Assembly (NCBI GenBank): GCA_963847185.1
Contig: CAWJYV010000010.1
Coordinates: 192,001-256,000, forward strand
Length of the DNA: 64,000 nt
Direction: 5' to 3'
Source of the DNA: an uncultured Methanosarcinaceae archaeon
GTDB taxonomy: Archaea > Halobacteriota > Methanosarcinia > Methanosarcinales > Methanosarcinaceae
Shown: piece after piece, positions 33,501 through 43,103 of the stretch
Layout: each line of letters begins with the position of its first letter
How positions within the stretch are numbered: position 1 is the stretch's first letter
Notes under the pieces: generated by a model
What the model was told of the DNA's origin: nothing
The model's input: the letters and a program-made list of their open reading frames with translations, nothing else
The model's database searches: none
Program-made: the position numbers and the translations under genes

Positions 33501-33789
33501 CCCAATTTTCCGGATGTTTCAGGTAATCCAGAAACTCAGGATCTAATGGAGCCATTTGGAGACTCAGATTTATAGTTATCAAATTTCCATCTGTATCATA
33601 ATAGTAGGGGGTCAAGTTTCCTAAATTATCAGGAAACTCTGGAAATTCAGAATTTAATCTGGATTGTGGGTTTAATTCTGAACTACCTGCACATGCAGGG
33701 TATAACAGCATAATTAAGAGCGTAAACAAAATACAGCTTCTGGAAATGATGTTAGATAATTTTTTATTTTTGAGTTTTTGAATGTACAT
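30562..33789 (-). CDS. Secreted C1A (papain-like) cysteine protease with lectin-like and repeated Ig-like domains
   Basis: QGSAGACWAF, GHSICIVGW, KNSWG; likely start MYIQ at 33789 with GGAGG SD. Confidence 0.9.
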   Translation of the reverse strand: MYIQKLKNKKLSNIISRSCILFTLLIMLLYPACAGSSELNPQSRLNSEFPEFPDNLGNLTPYYYDTDGNLITINLSLQMAPLDPEFLDYLKHPENWESHHYDADGNLRTLGIIPSPNSVYWPENYSYYSYNPEPESGPNSFSTPSIGSAGQYSAESSGTESTGQYPAKSSGAESTGQYPSESYFSLVDEGQVTPVKDQGSAGACWAFATLASLESYLTPVDSLQWDFSENNMKNLLSEDYPEGFDRAHDAGGNTWQSAAYLTRWNGPVIESDDPYNPSSGVSPTNKSVQKHVQEVVILPPRNNFTDNDLIKKMVKEKGGVYGSTVVDWNCFGSKDGYKWVTYYNPVLSSSDANGHSICIVGWNDNFSRNEFNSTPPGDGAFICKNSWGTGNGINGSGYFYISYYDANLGTKDSKFPILAVYTAKNPKNYENSYQYDPLGWTSSVGYKNLTYSWAANVFKAKSNEELKAIGFYTPMPDVNYKVYVYSDPSLPSVEGTPIFNTSGSFGLPGYHTIELEQKVPLKAGQNFSIVMNISSSSESYIKFPAEYNITGYSSKARANPGESYLSPDGTAWADLTGYYPASNFCIKAYTSTPDTQKPVINSVSLNNTTPNTGSLIRVSVNATDNVAVSSVEASGSPLTHLSGDIWEGTIKASSGKHSVNVSARDNAGNLAWNNSTSYTATTTSYAATTNDTQKPVINSVSLNDTTPNTGDKIKVSVNATDNVAVSSVEASGSPLTHLSGDIWEGTKTAISGTHSVNVSARDAAGNLAWNNSTGYTATTPDTQKPVINSIILNDTTPNTGDKIKVSVNATDNVAVSSVEASGSLLKHLSGAIWEGTITAISGTHSVNVLVKDTAGNPAWNNSTSYTAPTKDTELPKINSVSSYPVNMTPGSIINVTINATDNIGVVNVTVNGISLTKNKSRELWEGQIKAPSKVGNYAIPVVTLDAAGNKIKSSFPCHVLRLKGKTYVSMNPASKSVKKGTTASVGIKIKNNQNIDETFKVKVEGDTLKTSRGTYTSPSFSWTEKVLSLRAGEETTLPLKVKVSAKASGTQRLKASVYSIFSGSSWSTRGSLLVR
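31180..32012. repeat. Three near-identical ~87-aa coding repeats (DTQKPVINSV...AWNNSTSYTA)
   Basis: Direct DNA repeats inside the protease gene. Confidence 0.9.
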
Positions 33790-34586
33790 ATCATTATAGC
33801 CTCCAGATGGGTAGGAATTAAAAGTCGGGAAGTTTACTTCATAACATACTTTAATTTTACAATACAAAACTTCGTTTATTGATCCTGATTGTCGAGTTAC
33901 TGCTTCCGAACCGGATTTTAGGGGTATCTTTCTATTTTTTAAAATTTGAGCAGGTAAAAGATTCATAAAATCGTCTTCTCTAAAGCTTTCTCTAAAGCTT
34001 TTAGTACTCGACTTAATGGATGACAGTCTCTGAATGAGGAAAAGTTTTTAAAACTGTCAATATCAACATTAAGAATTTTTTAATAATGTAAAAGAGGCGA
34101 ACTTATATTTATTCTTTAGCAGAGATTTATAAAGGAAAATTATACATTGGAAAAAAGAACAAACTTTTCTTTTTTAACCAGAAGAATTATTTATAAAATA
34201 TTTCCTAAATTTTTTAATTTGTTATCTTGAGGTCTATAAAGCTCAGAATCTATCCTAAATTGACCCTTATGGCTTTTACCACTTTTTTAGGTAGATTTCT
34301 AGTGTCATGGCAAATTAATTACGGAACATATCCTTGATAGCTTCTCACCAGAGAAAATGTAATTAGAGCTTATGATTCAAAACTAATTTGGCTTGACACC
34401 AGGTTACGAAATATCTATCTTTAATTTGTCAGAGAAATCTTTTAAAAAAGTAATGAAAGGACCTGTATTCATAGAAGCCCTTCTTTTAGAACTCTTGACT
34501 TATCGGCAGAATTAATTGTTCTATTCCGTTTTTCAAATATAATCTCAAGCTTTTTTTAAATAAATCGAAGTACTCCTGCCTGATTC

Positions 34587-35255
34587 TTATTCTATCAATC
34601 CTTTCCGGACGTACCAATCATAATCATGGGCAAAGCGTTCTTTATTATATTTTGCCAGCTGGCAAAAATATTCTGTGCACTGTTGATGTAGCTCATCCTG
34701 ATCTGGATATTTGATTTCTCCACGGATTGACTTTACCAGCTTTTTTCCAAGATTCCTTGCAGGGTCCAGAGACCTCTCAAGTGCAGAAGGATCTCTGCCG
34801 AGCACAACTCCAATATCGCCGACAACGGTAACCCCAAGGTTCATGAGAACGCTGTTCATATATTTCAAAACCTCATCCTCGCCGCTTCCTCCTGTTGTGC
34901 ACACTGAACACCCGAATTTTCCGGTCAGCATCTGGCAGTGAATAGCATCTGAAAGTCGATCAAAAAGAGCTTTCATAGGAGCAGGGACAGAATTAACGTA
35001 ATTCGGAGCACCAAGAACAATTCCATCGGCATCCAAAATCTGTTGAAATAACTCTTCGAAATCATCGATTAAAGGACATTCCCCTTTAGCATAACAGGTT
35101 CCACATGCAGTACAGTACTCGATATTCAGTTTGTAGAGATCTACAAGTTCGGTTTCTGCTCCTTCAGATTCAGCACCATTAAGGACAGATTTTACCAGTT
35201 GTAAGGTATTACTTGAATTGCCTTTTGGACTTGCATTAATTCCAATTATTTTCAT
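34587..35255 (-). CDS. Iron-sulfur flavoprotein (flavodoxin family)
   Basis: MKIIGINASPKG..SNT; CTACGTCYAKGEC. Confidence 0.9.
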   Translation of the reverse strand: MKIIGINASPKGNSSNTLQLVKSVLNGAESEGAETELVDLYKLNIEYCTACGTCYAKGECPLIDDFEELFQQILDADGIVLGAPNYVNSVPAPMKALFDRLSDAIHCQMLTGKFGCSVCTTGGSGEDEVLKYMNSVLMNLGVTVVGDIGVVLGRDPSALERSLDPARNLGKKLVKSIRGEIKYPDQDELHQQCTEYFCQLAKYNKERFAHDYDWYVRKGLIE

Positions 35256-35330
35256 AGTTATTTCCTTCGTAAAATACTTCAAAATACAGATTATTGTGCC
35301 GTCTTTTTACCTTCCGAAGGCACTCCGGTA

Positions 35331-36794
35331 TTAACTATCGAACTTTTTTCCCCTCACAAGAGAGGCGAAAATCCCGATTATGCAGAGGATAGTAAACAGG
35401 CTGAAAGCATAATGAAGACTTGAAATGAACTGTGAGTAATAAGCAGGCGTAATTTCCACAGGGCCGATAACGATAGCAAAGATCATCATTGCTATACCCA
35501 TAGAAAGCATCTGGCCAAGAAGTCTCATGGTTCCGTTCATCCCGGATGCAACACCATAGAATCTCTTCTCAACCGAGCTCATGATTGCATTCGTATTAGG
35601 GGAGGAAAAGAGCCCGAATCCTGCACCGAGTACGAGAAGGATGAGAACAAGCTGCCAGAGAGGAGTCGTCTCTGTGAGGAAAATGAGGAAAAAGAGCCCT
35701 ATTGCAGTAAGAGCCATTCCTGTAGATGCAACAATCCGCGGTTCAATCCTATCAGAGAGCTTCCCTGAAATAGGCGAAATAATCGCCTGGACAACCGGCT
35801 GTGCTATCAGGATAAGTCCGGCATGTTCAGGAGTGAAGCCTTTTGTGTACTGTAGATCCAGACTTAAGAGAAAGGTCACTGCAAAAGTTGCACTGTAATT
35901 AATGAGGGCGGCAAGGTTAGAAAGGGCAAAAATCCTGTTATTTGTCAGGAGCCTGATATCAAGAACTGGAGAAGGTATTCTCATCTCATACAGGGCAAAA
36001 ATGCCAACTCCAAGAATTCCCACCCCTAATAGGGCTGCTCCTTTAAAATCAGGAAGAGTTGAGAACCCATACATAACTGCAACAATTGCTGCCCCGTATA
36101 TAACGGATCCTGTAAGGTCAAACTTCTCCCCCCTGCACTCAGCCCACTCTCTTTTTAATTTCCAGAGAATCAGAAGAACTGCTGCAATACCTATAGGGAC
36201 GTTTACAAAGAAAATGCTTCTCCAGCCAAGGTACTGGGTCATTATACCGCCAAGGAAGGGGCCGACAGAAAGCCCTAGATAAACTGCAGTGATATAAGTC
36301 CCGAGAGCTTTTCCGCGTTCTCCGGGAGGAAAGACGGAAGTAACAATAGCAACGCCTGTCCCGAAGATCATAGCACTTCCTAAACCCTGGACTACTCTGA
36401 TTCCTATAAACATTTCAGTTGAAGGGACTATGGTCATTATAAGAGACGCAAGGCTGAAAATCGCAATTCCGTAGAGGAAAACTTTTTTTCTTCCGTATAT
36501 ATCCGCAATTTTTCCAAAAGGAACTAGAAACACTGCCGAAGATAGGAGATAAGCGGTTGCAACCCACGAGAGGGCAATCGCGTTCATATGAAATTCTGCC
36601 CCTATTGTAGGCAGGGCAATATTTACTGCCGATCCATCGAAAGGGGTGATAAATCCTGCAAGTATTGCAATAAGCAATACTACACGTTTTTCTGCGGCAT
36701 GAACAGGAGTACTGGGAGTCTGACAGATCTCGGAAACTTCAGAAATTATTTCTCTATTTTTAGCAGGAGGCCCGGAAGTACTTGTTTCTACCAT
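35331..36794 (-). CDS. MFS drug-efflux-type transporter (DHA2, 14 TM)
   Basis: NIALP, GKIADIYGRK, WRSIFFVNVPIG motifs. Confidence 0.93.
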   Translation of the reverse strand: MVETSTSGPPAKNREIISEVSEICQTPSTPVHAAEKRVVLLIAILAGFITPFDGSAVNIALPTIGAEFHMNAIALSWVATAYLLSSAVFLVPFGKIADIYGRKKVFLYGIAIFSLASLIMTIVPSTEMFIGIRVVQGLGSAMIFGTGVAIVTSVFPPGERGKALGTYITAVYLGLSVGPFLGGIMTQYLGWRSIFFVNVPIGIAAVLLILWKLKREWAECRGEKFDLTGSVIYGAAIVAVMYGFSTLPDFKGAALLGVGILGVGIFALYEMRIPSPVLDIRLLTNNRIFALSNLAALINYSATFAVTFLLSLDLQYTKGFTPEHAGLILIAQPVVQAIISPISGKLSDRIEPRIVASTGMALTAIGLFFLIFLTETTPLWQLVLILLVLGAGFGLFSSPNTNAIMSSVEKRFYGVASGMNGTMRLLGQMLSMGIAMMIFAIVIGPVEITPAYYSQFISSLHYAFSLFTILCIIGIFASLVRGKKFDS

Positions 36795-36907
36795 GTTTAT
36801 CACTTATCAGGAAGGGCATCAGCTGCTATCTCTTTAGGGAAAATGGTAACAGGTTTCTGTGAAAGAATAGAGGTTCGGCGATAATGCTCTTCATAGTTTT
36901 TTTAATT

Positions 36908-36971
36908 ATAGTTGACCTATCAACAATTGTGATATAAACTATTTGTTATAAATAGTATACCGTTCAACTAG
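36908..36971. promoter_or_regulatory. Probable MarR operator(s) between divergent MFS and marR genes
   Basis: Palindrome GTTGA-CCTA-TCAAC (36911-36924) and a related TAGT..TCAACTA site. Confidence 0.5.
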
Positions 36972-37016
36972 TTTTTTAATAGTTCAAAAGATACTGATTT
37001 TTCATGAGTGTGAACA

Positions 37017-37469
37017 ATGAGTGAAGAAACACCTGTCCAGTGGATTGAGGACATAGATATAGTTACTGCGTTGATATCGTTTACATATCGTTCGGTCCAG
37101 AAATATTTTGCAAAAGAATTGAATTCTTACAACATTGGGTGGGGACACTTCGCTATCCTTATGGCTCTGTATGGTAAGGAGGGATGCAGCCAGGATAGTC
37201 TTGCACAGTCAAGAGGATTTGATAAAACGATGATCGCCAAATCCATACTTCGCCTGGAAAAAGAAGACATTGTTTACCGGGAAATCGATGAGGCAGACAA
37301 ACGGATCAAAAGGCTTTACCTCACAGAAAAAGGGAAAAAACTAAAGCCTGAGATGCAGAAGATAGGATTCGAGTTGAATGCTCTTCTCCTTAAGGATTTT
37401 GGAATCGATGAAACTTCAGATGCTATTGAAATTGTCAGAAAGATTGCATTGAACGCTGCCAGACTTTAG
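37017..37469 (+). CDS. MarR-family transcriptional regulator
   Basis: wHTH; RLEKE.IV.R..D..DKR..RLYLTEKG. Confidence 0.93.
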   Translation: MSEETPVQWIEDIDIVTALISFTYRSVQKYFAKELNSYNIGWGHFAILMALYGKEGCSQDSLAQSRGFDKTMIAKSILRLEKEDIVYREIDEADKRIKRLYLTEKGKKLKPEMQKIGFELNALLLKDFGIDETSDAIEIVRKIALNAARL

Positions 37470-37829
37470 TGCCGCAAATTTATACTGTAGTGCCATAAAT
37501 TCGGACTTTTTCCATAAATTCATAAACGTAGACAAAATAATATTTTATTCTCGAGAAGCTTATTCATCTGAAAGAAGAGTTTACTGTATCCTTCAAGCAT
37601 TTCCGGGATTGGAGTATTGAGATTATAGCCCAAACTAAGAGGAGGTTGAAAAACCTTCTTTTCATCAGGTTTAAGTTTATAAAACTTGCATAAATTAGTG
37701 GTTTAAGCAAATTAAACCCATAAAACTGAGTTTACTAAAAATTACGTAATGAGATTAAATTTATAAGAAATTAGTGAATTTAAGCATTCGATTAAGCTTA
37801 TATGAATTTATAGAGGTTATGGACTCACA

Positions 37830-38909
37830 ATGAATGAAATAATTACCTGGATATTGATTGTACTTTGTCTTTTACAGTCAGCTATCTTTTCCGGGATGAC
37901 TATAGGGGTTTTTGGCCTCGGGAGACTCAGGCTTGAAATCGAAGCCGAGGCAGATAACAAAGAGGCTATGAAAATCCTGCAGATCCGGCGGGATTCCAAT
38001 TTCCTTCTTACTACGATGCTCTGGGGAAACGTAGGGATAAATGTTCTTATTGCCCTGCTTACGGATTCTGTGTTTACAGGAGCCTCAGCTTTCCTCTTCT
38101 CTACTTTCGTAATCACCTGTTTTGGAGAGATTGTTCCTCAGGCATATTTTTCCCGGAATGCCCTGAAACTTGGAGCAAAGTTAACTCCTGTAGTCCGCTT
38201 CTACCAGATGCTGCTTTATCCTGTGGCCAAGCCTACAGCCCTTATTCTTGACTGGTGGCTCGGCAGGGAAAAACTTGAACTTTTCAAAGAGCAGTCCATG
38301 AGGATAATGCTCGAAAAGCACATAGAATCGGGAAAAACCGATATTGGGGCTTTTGAAGGGATAGGAGCGCTTAACTTTCTTTCAATAGACGACGTAAGTA
38401 TTTCCGATGAAGGTTCGATAATAGATTCCAGAAGCATAATCTCTCTTCCTGTTGAGAATAATCGTCCGCTTTTTCCTTCATTTAACAGGGATCCATTGGA
38501 TCCTTTTCTACAAAAGATAGAGGCATCAGGAAAAAAATGGGTGGTACTGACCAGCCCTGTCAACGAGCCTGTCATGGTTCTTGATGCGGATCATTTCCTC
38601 AGGGACGCCGTTTATAAGAAAGGCCCAATAATCCCTCTTTCTTATTGTCATTTCCCTGTTGTTGTCAAATCTCCGAAAACCAGGCTTGAAAGAGTAATCC
38701 GGCAGTTTAAAGTATACCCACAGTATCCGGAAGATGACGTGATTGACCAGGACCTCATTCTCTACTGGGGCCATGAAAAAAGAATTATAACAGGTTCGGA
38801 CATTTTGGGCCGCCTGCTCCGCGGAATTGTAGTGGAATGCGAACTGGAATCCGGATGCGAAGCCCCTGTTTCACCCTCAAAACCTGGAATTGTCAAAAGG
38901 AAATTGTAA
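37830..38909 (+). CDS. DUF21/CNNM domain membrane protein
   Basis: FSGMTIG, LLTTMLWGN, FGEIVPQA. Confidence 0.88.
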   Translation: MNEIITWILIVLCLLQSAIFSGMTIGVFGLGRLRLEIEAEADNKEAMKILQIRRDSNFLLTTMLWGNVGINVLIALLTDSVFTGASAFLFSTFVITCFGEIVPQAYFSRNALKLGAKLTPVVRFYQMLLYPVAKPTALILDWWLGREKLELFKEQSMRIMLEKHIESGKTDIGAFEGIGALNFLSIDDVSISDEGSIIDSRSIISLPVENNRPLFPSFNRDPLDPFLQKIEASGKKWVVLTSPVNEPVMVLDADHFLRDAVYKKGPIIPLSYCHFPVVVKSPKTRLERVIRQFKVYPQYPEDDVIDQDLILYWGHEKRIITGSDILGRLLRGIVVECELESGCEAPVSPSKPGIVKRKL

Positions 38910-39353
38910 GGAGAAAAGAAAACAAAGAACCTAAAGGATAAAAGAAAAATCGCTTTGCAATTTGAGACCGAAATTTGAAATTTTAAAGCAATGCGACAAC
39001 TCCCGTTTCTTACGAAATTTTTTGTTAAAATCTTGGTTGATATTAGAAAGATATTACAGGAAGTATTAGAGGTACATGGGAAGTGTTGAGTAACTATTAT
39101 AGGAATTAAAGACCTTTTTATAGAGTCTTTTATCATTTTGAAAAACGAGTTGATTTTTATTAATCATAATATTATAAGTATGTATGATAGCTGAATAGTG
39201 AAAAATATGATCATTAGCCCTAATTAAATAAAGTTAGCTCATTTATATTTGCCAATTGAGCCTTAAAAAGGCAGCTAATGGTGATGTTTTGTATGGGCCA
39301 AATATTTACAAACGTAGATAGATTTAAATTGTAATTCGCCCAATAACTGAAAA

Positions 39354-40664
39354 ATGTCTTATACCTTTGAGATTGTTACCGTCCTTGTTCTTATCGCACT
39401 TAATGGCATCTTTGCCATGTCGGAATTTGCTCTCGTGTCAGCCAAAAAAATCCGTCTCAAACAACAGGCTGAAGAAGGAGATACAAGGGCATCTGTTGCA
39501 CTTAAACTTGCAAATGAGCCTACTTCTTTTCTTTCAACCGTTCAGATAGGAATCACGCTGGTAGGTATCTTTGCCGGTGCATTCGGGGGAGCCACAATAG
39601 CTGAAGGGCTTGCAATCTACTTTAATGAATTTCCTTCTCTTGCCCCATATAGTGATGCTATCAGCATCACTCTTGTGGTACTTGTGATCACGTATATGAC
39701 GTTAATTTTTGGAGAACTGGTTCCAAAGAGGCTGGCTCTCAATAACGCGGAACCAATTGCTTCTTACGTCGCAAAACCTATGTTCTACCTTTCAGTCATA
39801 GCAAAGCCACTGGTAATCATTCTAAGTCATTCAACTGAAGGCGTGCTCAGGCTTATGAGGGTCCGAAAAATCACCGGAGCACCAGTAACCGAAGAGGAAA
39901 TTAAGTTTATGCTTGAAGAGGGAACCGAAGCCGGTGTTTTTGAGAAAGCAGAGCTGAGTATGATAGAAGGTGTGTTCGATATCGGGGACCGTCGAGTAGA
40001 TTCTATGATGACGCATCGTAGTGACATCATTGCTCTTGATCTGGATGACCCAGCAGACGAGAACCTGCGGAAAATGATTGGAAGCGGCCGATCCAATTTT
40101 CCGGCTTATGACAGTGATCTGGATAATATTGTCGGTATGGTATCCGTAAAGGATGTCCTGGCAAGGCTCGTGGAAAACGGCGCAACCGATATGAGAGGTT
40201 CAATCACTAAACCGCTCATTGCACCTGAAGCTATAACAGTCCTGAAACTCCTTGAGCTATTCAAAGAAACTGGAGTGCATATTGCCCTTATAACTGATGA
40301 ATACGGAAGTATTCAGGGCATAGTTACTCTACATGACATCATGGAAGCAATAGTAGGGGACGTTTATTCTCTTGGCGAGCCTGTGGAAATGCAGGTGGTG
40401 ATTCGGGAAGACGGCTCCTGGCTGGTTGATGGAGATACGTCTGTTGAAAAGCTTAAGGATGTCTTATCTGTGGATTCCTTTCCAGAAGAAGAAAAAGGAT
40501 ATTACCGGACCGTTGCCGGAATGATTATGTTTATCTTGCAGAGAATACCTACAACGGGGGACCACGTTGAATTAAGGGGACTGCGTTATGAGGTGGTTGA
40601 TATGGATGGACATAGAATAGACAAAGTGCTGATTACTCGAGTTCCTGTAACCCCTCTGGATTGA
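39354..40664 (+). CDS. Hemolysin-family CNNM-CBS-CorC protein
   Basis: FAMSEFAL, FGELVPK, DEYG..GIVT..D, CorC C-terminus. Confidence 0.93.
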   Translation: MSYTFEIVTVLVLIALNGIFAMSEFALVSAKKIRLKQQAEEGDTRASVALKLANEPTSFLSTVQIGITLVGIFAGAFGGATIAEGLAIYFNEFPSLAPYSDAISITLVVLVITYMTLIFGELVPKRLALNNAEPIASYVAKPMFYLSVIAKPLVIILSHSTEGVLRLMRVRKITGAPVTEEEIKFMLEEGTEAGVFEKAELSMIEGVFDIGDRRVDSMMTHRSDIIALDLDDPADENLRKMIGSGRSNFPAYDSDLDNIVGMVSVKDVLARLVENGATDMRGSITKPLIAPEAITVLKLLELFKETGVHIALITDEYGSIQGIVTLHDIMEAIVGDVYSLGEPVEMQVVIREDGSWLVDGDTSVEKLKDVLSVDSFPEEEKGYYRTVAGMIMFILQRIPTTGDHVELRGLRYEVVDMDGHRIDKVLITRVPVTPLD

Positions 40665-40852
40665 ATGCCGCTTTTAAGGGGGCTGAGAAGGAAACTTAAT
40701 TGATCAGAACCCTATTTTCCGAAATCAGATTGTGAGGCGCCTGTTCTGACCTCTCAGTCCAAAATTGTCAGAAAGAGAGTTTTTAGGGGAGAAAGGCGCA
40801 GGGAAGATAAAGAACAGAATAATGGATGGGAAATAGTAAAGAGAAGATAAAG

Positions 40853-42529
40853 TTACTCTTTGTATGCAGGAAGGGTAATTACGCCTATTTCCTGAAGAGG
40901 ATAACCCACGGCAAAGTGGTAGAGATCCTGGTATTCGAGCCCTTTGAGTCCAATGGCTTCGTGCAGAGGGTCATCGAAAAAGCATCCTATCCCACAGCCC
41001 TTCATGCCTTTTGTTTCAGCTTCAAGGTAAAGAAGCTGTCCCAGGAATCCGCATTCCCATAAAAGATAGGGGTACATCCAGGAGCCGAATTTATTCAAAG
41101 GCTCTTCGAATTCAGAGAGCATGCAGGCAGTAAAACAGGCATCTGCAGCTTTTCGCTGAGAACAGGAAAGCTGGGCTATGAAATCATGTAATTCCTCTTC
41201 CATAAGCAGGTAAAATTCAAGGTTAAATGGGCAATTTTCCGGCTTTTCCCACAGAAAGTCCGGCCTGATAGCGGCTTTAAACTTCTCCTTTTCCCCGGGT
41301 TTTCGAAGAAGTATGTAAAGACCAGGGAGAAGCTCCTTTACTCTATTTACAAAGAGAAGCAGGTGTGTAAAGGGACCAAAACCAAGTGAATTGAAGATTG
41401 GGTTTCTTTCAGGGAGGGTTTTTTGCAGCATCTCATAGAAAACTTCTTTTTCCATATATGCACTGTTATCCATTTCAATGGCACTCCTCCTTTTATGAAT
41501 TATGTTCCTGAGAGAAGCCGGAATTTCCATGTCTGACAGGGAATCGGAATCGCTAACTTTCAGGGGTGGAGCATTCTGTATACCAGGCACAGGTTCCTGT
41601 TTTTTCCCCGGATAGTAACCGGTTTCTCTTTTTCTGACTGCTGATGCAGCTTTTTCGATATCCATCCATTCAACATGCTTCGGACTTAATCTGTCAGGGG
41701 TGCCTTCCCAGGAAAGCTTCCTGAACGCAGGAACTGCACTTGAAGGAATTTTACCCGGAATATCTTTTTCTCCTGCCGGGCAGACCGCAAGCAGACAGGC
41801 AGGTTCTTCCTTTTCGGGCCCTCGTCTTTCGGAAATGCCAAGAAGCTCTGCAATGTTCTCAGTGTTCATGTCTTCAAGAAGGCTTGTCTTCCAGCCAATT
41901 CCGGCAGCAGCAAAAGTCAGAGCGGCAATTGCATGTCCTATATCGTGATTGGCATACCGGAAAGCTCTAAGCCCGTATTTCCAGGAAACTCTCCAGTAAA
42001 TTGAGCTCAAGCCTACAAAGAAAGTGCCTTTCGGAAAGCCGGAACTTAACAGTTCCCAGGTTTCCTGGGGAAATTCGGCTCTTAGCTCAAGGGCGTGAGG
42101 TAAAGGAACGTAATGGCATACAGCCGGATTTTTCAGGAGTCCCTGGACAGGACCTGAAAGAAGATAAACTTCTGTAGGGTGCAGATTTCCGCTTGAAGGA
42201 TTGACGCGAAGAGGCCATTTTGTACCTCCCGCTTTCTTCCAGGCTGAGATTGCAAAACTGTCAAAAAAAAGCCTGGAAATATTTTTCTCACTAAGTTCTA
42301 AAGGCTTGAGTTTTTCAGGAGAAAAAGCCTGCTCATAGGCAGGAAAAACCTCAGCTTCTATTTGCTCTTCACTCCATTTTTCCAGGCTCAGAAGCCGAGC
42401 CCCCTGATAGTTTAGAAATGGATCTGGTTTGATTGGCATATCCAGATGGTGGGGACCTGGCGCATAAGCTTTGAAGTTGTGCTTACTTGCCTGATGATAA
42501 GCCAGTATCTCTTCAAGTTCTTCTTTCAT
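40853..42529 (-). CDS. SagB/ThcOx-type tandem nitroreductase
   Basis: LRVNPSSGNLHPTE, WKYG.RAFRY..HD.GH, GIGCFFDD. Confidence 0.88.
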   Translation of the reverse strand: MKEELEEILAYHQASKHNFKAYAPGPHHLDMPIKPDPFLNYQGARLLSLEKWSEEQIEAEVFPAYEQAFSPEKLKPLELSEKNISRLFFDSFAISAWKKAGGTKWPLRVNPSSGNLHPTEVYLLSGPVQGLLKNPAVCHYVPLPHALELRAEFPQETWELLSSGFPKGTFFVGLSSIYWRVSWKYGLRAFRYANHDIGHAIAALTFAAAGIGWKTSLLEDMNTENIAELLGISERRGPEKEEPACLLAVCPAGEKDIPGKIPSSAVPAFRKLSWEGTPDRLSPKHVEWMDIEKAASAVRKRETGYYPGKKQEPVPGIQNAPPLKVSDSDSLSDMEIPASLRNIIHKRRSAIEMDNSAYMEKEVFYEMLQKTLPERNPIFNSLGFGPFTHLLLFVNRVKELLPGLYILLRKPGEKEKFKAAIRPDFLWEKPENCPFNLEFYLLMEEELHDFIAQLSCSQRKAADACFTACMLSEFEEPLNKFGSWMYPYLLWECGFLGQLLYLEAETKGMKGCGIGCFFDDPLHEAIGLKGLEYQDLYHFAVGYPLQEIGVITLPAYKE

Positions 42530-42555
42530 AACAAGGCACCTGCCAACAACAGATT

Positions 42556-42690
42556 ACTGAGATAAATAACTGAGATAAATAACTGAGATAAATAACTGAG
42601 ATAAATAACCAAGATAAATAACTGAAGATAAATAACTGAGATAAATAACCAAGATAAATAACTGAGGTAAATAACTGAGATAAATAACTG
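42556..42690. repeat. 13-bp tandem repeat (ACTGAGATAAATA) x10
   Basis: Ten units with ACCAAG, ACTGAAG and ACTGAGG variants, directly upstream of the nitroreductase start. Confidence 0.95.
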
Positions 42691-43103
42691 ACTGATATCT
42701 CTTTTCAGCTCAGGGAGTCATATTATGTCTTATATTCTCTTTCATTCTCCAAGAAAGGCTTTCCCGAAAATCTGCTATATTTTTAGAATCTCTACGTGGC
42801 TATAAGACATTCTTCATGCCTTAACTGCCCCTGGGCAATATGAGCAGAATTTTTGTTCCCCTAGCCGATTTCTGTCATCCTGTTCTCCCTCATTTAAGCC
42901 CAAAAAGGAGATAAATACTGGAGTAAACCACTTCTCTATGAAGATATAGCCCTGAAAATATAAATTGATTCTTCTTTTAGAAAGTATTGAATCTGAAAAT
43001 CAAAGAATCAGTTTTATGAAAAAATGGTCTGTAAATCTTATCCATTATATGATTCAAACTATAAATTTCCTCTATACTCAAATTCAAACTATAAGGAAGT
43101 AGA

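Noticed and set aside
33790-33966. 59-aa N-terminal extension of the protease in the ORF track
   Set aside because: SD and signal peptide favour the ATG at 33789
40853-42529. Azole-RiPP biosynthetic cluster around the SagB-like gene
   Set aside because: No YcaO, E1-like partner or precursor peptide adjacent
42556-42690. CRISPR or iteron interpretation of the 13-mer array
   Set aside because: Head-to-tail minisatellite without spacers; no replication initiator nearby
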